64,000 bases of DNA from an uncultured Actinomycetes bacterium (GTDB taxonomy: Bacteria > Actinomycetota > Thermoleophilia > Gaiellales > Gaiellaceae). The DNA lies in assembly GCA_963837265.1 (NCBI GenBank), contig CAWIMQ010000003.1:14694-78693 (forward strand), in the 5' to 3' direction. Each line of letters opens with the position of its first letter. Positions within the stretch are counted from its first letter, which is position 1. Below the pieces are notes generated by a model that saw nothing but the letters and a program-made list of their open reading frames with translations, did no database searches and was not told the DNA's origin. A program made the position numbers and the translations under genes. Below, one piece after another: positions 60,193-64,000 of the stretch.

Positions 60193-63100
60193 GCCAGCCC
60201 GTCGTCGAGGACCGCATCTCGAGACCCACAGGGCGCCGGCGAGACCTACTCGTTCCCGCTCTCGTTCGCGCAGCGGCGCCTCTGGTTCTTGCACCGGCTC
60301 GAGCCCGGCTCGGCCTACAACGTCCCGCTGCCGCGCCGGCTGCGCGGGGCGCTCGACGTCGGCGCGCTGGAGCGGGCGCTGACCGAGATCGTCGCTCGGC
60401 ACGAGACCCTGCGGACGACCTTCGGAGAGAACGACGGGGTCCCGTTCCAGCTCGTGCACCCGCCCCGGGCGGAGGAACTCGAGATCGTCGACATCAGCGT
60501 CGAGCCCGACCCGGAGTCGGAGATGGAGCGCCTGGTCGCGGAGCAGGCGCTGGCGCCGTTCGATCTCGCCGCCGGGCCGCCGCGTCGGACGGTGCTCCTG
60601 CGTCTCGCCCCCAGGACCACGTCCTCGCGCTGACGCTTCACCACATCGTCTGCGACGGCTGGTCGGTCAGCGTGCTCTTCCGCGAGCTGGGCGCGCCCGA
60701 CACCGAGTTCACGGGCGGGCCGGCTGCCCGCCTGCCCGAGCTCGCGATCCAGTACGCGGACTATGCGGTCCACCAGCAGGAGTGGATGCAGGGCGATCTG
60801 CGACAGCGGCAGTTGGACTACTGGCGCGCGCACCTCGAAGACGCGCCGACGGCGCTCGACCTCCCCACCGACCACCCCCGCCCGGCCGTCCAGACCGCCG
60901 ACGGGGGCCACGTCCTCAGAAGTCCTGCCGCCCGAGCTGCTCGAGCGGCTGAAGGCGCTCAGCCGGGAGCACGGGTCGACCCTCTTCATGACGCTCCTCG
61001 CCGGTTTCTCGGTCCTGCTCGGCCGCTACTCGCGCCAGCGCGAGCTGCTCGTGGGCGCGCCGGTCGCGAACAGGCATCGCGTGGAGCTCGAAGGCCAGAT
61101 CGGCTTTCTCACGAACACGCTCGTCCTCCGGCTCGACGCCTCCGGCGAGGCCGGGTTCCGCGATCTGCTCGCGTCGGTCCGCGAGACCGTGCTCGAAGCC
61201 GAGGCGCACCAGGATCTCCCCTTCGAGCTGCTCGTCGAGGAGTTGAACCCGCCGCGCGACCGGAGCCGCGCGCCGCTGTTCCAGGTCATGTTCTCGTTCT
61301 ACAGACACGCCCGAGGCCGGCGCGTGGAGCTGCCCGGGCTCACGGTCACGGGCGTCCGTCTCGGTGGGCGACGACGAAGTTCAACCTGTCGCTCTTCATG
61401 CGGGAGTCGCCGGAGGGGCTGCGCGCGACGTTCGAGTACAGCACCGACCTGTTCGACCGCGTGACGATCGAGCGGATGGCGGGCCATTTCGAGACCCTGC
61501 TTCGGGCCCTGGTCGACGACCCCGCCCGGCCGATCGACGACGCGGAGATCGTCGGCGAGGACGAGCGACGGCTGGTGCTGACCGAGTGGAACGAGACGGA
61601 GCGGCCGTACCCGGCGCAGCGGGTCGACGAGCTGATCGCGGCGCAGGCGGCCGCGACGCCCGGGGCCGTCGCGGTCGAGGACAGCGGGCAGCGACTGACG
61701 TACGCCGAGCTGGACGAGCGGTCGAGCCGGCTCGCGAACCGTCTGCGGCAGCTCGGCATCGGCCCCGACCGCCTGGTCGGCCTCTGCGTCGACCGGACGG
61801 CGGGAGCTCCTGGTCGCCGTCCTTGGGATCCTCAAGGCGGGTGGAGCCTACGTCCCCCTCGATCCCGGCTATCCCGCCGGGCGGCTCGCCTTCATGCTGG
61901 AGGACTCGCAGGCGTCGGTCGTCGTCACGCAGGAGCGCCTCCTCCCCGTCATCCCGCAGACTGCGGCCCAGGTCGTGTGCCTCGACCGCGATTGGGCGGA
62001 GCTCGCCGGTCTCCCGGCCGAGGCGCCCGTGAGCGGACCGGACACTCGGAGCAGCCCGCCGTACGTCGATCTACACCTCGGGCTCGACCGGCACGCCGAA
62101 GGGCGTCGAGGTCGCCGCACCGCGGCGCTGGTCGAACCTCCTCGCGTCGATGCGGCAGGAGCCGGGCATCGCGGCCGGCGACGTGCTGCTCGCGGTCACC
62201 ACGCTGTCGTTCGACATCGCCGCGGTCTGGAGCTGTACCTGCCGCTCGATCACCGGCGCGCCGCGTCGTGCGTCGCGCCAGCGGACGCGGCGGCCGACGC
62301 GCGCTGGCCGAGCTGCTCGACGCCATCGCGCGCGACGGTCATGCAGGCGACGCCCGCGACCTGGCGGATGCTGCTCGACGCCGGCTGGGCCGGCCGCGCC
62401 GGGCTGAAGGTGCTCTGCCGGCGGCGAGGCGCTGCACGCCGGAGCTGGCCGACGCCGCTGCCGCGACCCGGCGTGCGGCTGCTCTGGAACATGTACGGCC
62501 CGACCGAGACGACGGTCTGCGTCGACGCCGCGCACGGTCGCGACGCGGGCAGGCCCGCGACGATCGGCCGGCCGATCGCCAACACGACGCTCTACGTGCT
62601 CGACGCGCGGCTGCGGCCTGCTGCCGATCGGCGTGCCGGCGAGCTGTACATCGGCGGCGCCGGCGTCGCCCGCGGCTACCTCGGCCGGCCCGAGCTGACC
62701 GCCGAGCGTTCGTCGCCGGACCCGTTCGCGCGACGCCCGGACGCGCGGCTCTACCGCACCGGCGACCTCGCGCGCTGCCGCGCCGACGGCGACTCGAGTT
62801 CCTCGGCCGCGCTCGACCACCAGGTCAAGATGCGCGGCTACCGCATCGAGCTCGGCGAGATCGAGGCGCGCTCGCCGCGACACGGCGCGTCCGCGAGGCC
62901 GCCGTCGTCGCCCGCGAGGACGGCACGGCGCAGCAGCCGGCTCGTCGCCTACGTCGTGCCCGTCGCCGCGCCCGGTCCGGCCGCCGGGCCGAGCTGCGCG
63001 CGCTACTTGCGCGGACGCTGCCCGACTACATGGTCCCCGCGGCGTTCGTCGTGCTCGAGCGCTCCCGCTGCACCCCGAACGGCAAGCTCGACCGGAACGC

Positions 63101-64000
63101 GCTGCCGGATCCCGGACACGAGTCGCTCGGCCTCGTCCACCCTCGGCCGCCGGCGGACGAGCACGGAGGAGGCATCCTCGAGATCTGGCAGCGGGTGCTC
63201 GGCATCCAGGAGCCGATCGGCGTCGACGACGACTTCTTCGCGCTCGGCGGCCACTCGCTCCTCGCCGTGAGGCTGATCGCCGAGGTCGAGCGTGTCTTCC
63301 GGGTGAGGCTGCCCCTGACCGTGCTCTTCGAGCAGGCGACCGTCCGCCACGTCGCAGGCGCGCTCGAGGCCGGCGGGAAGCTCGGCTGCCTGGTCGCCGA
63401 TCGTTCCGCTCAGGCCGGGCGCATCCCGGCCGCCGCTCTTCCTGCTGCACGGAATCGACGGCGAGCTGCTCTTCTACCGCGACCTCGTCCGGAGCCTCGA
63501 TCCCGACCAGCCGGTGTACGGAGTCCAGGGAGTCGGCCTCGACGGACGGCGCCCCTATACGCGCCTGGAGGACATGGCCGCCCATCACGTCGACGAGCTC
63601 GTCCGCTTCCAGCCGGAGGGGCCTCTGCTTCTCTGCGGCTACTGCTTCTCCGGGGTGCTCGCCTACGAGGTCGCGAGGCAGCTGCACGAGCGGGGCCGGG
63701 AGCCTGCGTTCCTCGGCCTCGTCGACGCATACCCGTTCGGGCATGCGCCGACGCGGACCCGGGTGGAGCTCGAGCGCGTGAAGCTCGCCGACTTCCGGTC
63801 GCGCGACCTGCGCGGGAAGATCGCGTGGATCCGGCGGCGGGGACGCGGCCTCGTCGGCAAGGTCGCCACGGAGATCCGCTGGGCGCTCTACGACCAGCTC
63901 GCCAGGCGGGGCCGTCGCGTCCCGCGGGCCCTGTGGAACATGCAGGGCGCCGGCCACCGCGCCGCGTTCCGGTACGTCGCTCCCGCTGCCCCCTGGAAGG
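60189..64000 (+). pseudogene. Terminal NRPS module, C-A(Gly-like)-T-TE; runs off the right edge; many frame changes before ~63430
   Basis: - C domain: FPLSFAQRRLWFLHRLEPGSAYNVP, HHIVCDGWS.
- A domain: TTLSFDIAAV.ELYLPL, MQATPATWRMLLDAGW, WNMYGPTETTVC; code about DIVQLGMVCK.
- T domain: FFALGGHSLLA.
- TE domain: uninterrupted from about 63430 to the window end; PPLFLLHGIDGE.., ..LLLCGYCFSGVLAYEVARQL... Confidence 0.75.

Overview
This is high-GC DNA (by eye above 70% G+C) of actinobacterial type, and it holds two functional blocks.

**Block 1 (1-21.1 kb): a cell-surface polysaccharide locus.**
- It encodes an Alg14-like subunit, a small LuxR/GerE regulator, and Wzz-like and Wzy/O-antigen-ligase-like proteins.
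- It also encodes two GT2 enzymes, an AsnB-type amidotransferase, a secreted FN3/beta-helix protein, a SAM methyltransferase and an SGNH hydrolase.
- An amino-sugar set follows: an LbH acetyltransferase, a DegT aminotransferase, a polyprenyl-phosphate sugar transferase, a Gfo/Idh/MocA dehydrogenase and a second LbH acetyltransferase.
- Two tandem GT-B glycosyltransferases close the block.
- An intact IS21-family element (istA/istB, terminal inverted repeats identified) is inserted in this locus.

**Block 2 (21.1 kb to the right edge): a large NRPS cluster.**
- It contains a NarL-type regulator with Glu at the phospho-acceptor position, an Sfp-type PPTase and an SDR.
- About nine NRPS modules are spread over eight genes on both strands, mostly as single C-A-T proteins joined by 4-nt start/stop overlaps.
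- Two sulfotransferases, a GNAT-like gene and a secreted CHRD-esterase are also present.

**Signals not explained by ordinary gene annotation:**
1. A roughly 70-nt promoter/operator-like module occurs six times, in front of every NRPS transcription unit and of two small LuxR genes.
2. Two C-like domains without the HHxxxDG histidines precede Asp-type A domains.
3. A Thr-type A domain is interrupted by an FkbM-like methyltransferase.
4. Both thioesterase domains carry Cys at the nucleophile position.
5. An extraordinary G-homopolymer block (runs of 12, 54, 8, 12, 8 and 16 G) brackets about 0.85 kb of ultra-GC non-coding DNA directly upstream of the first NRPS.
6. A 796-bp near-identical core is shared by the two tandem glycosyltransferase genes.

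**Caveat.** Most genes longer than 1 kb need one or more reading-frame changes to follow their homology trace. I label these as pseudogene, as assembled. I cannot tell from sequence alone whether they reflect real decay or uncorrected indel errors. No rRNA, tRNA or CRISPR array was seen.
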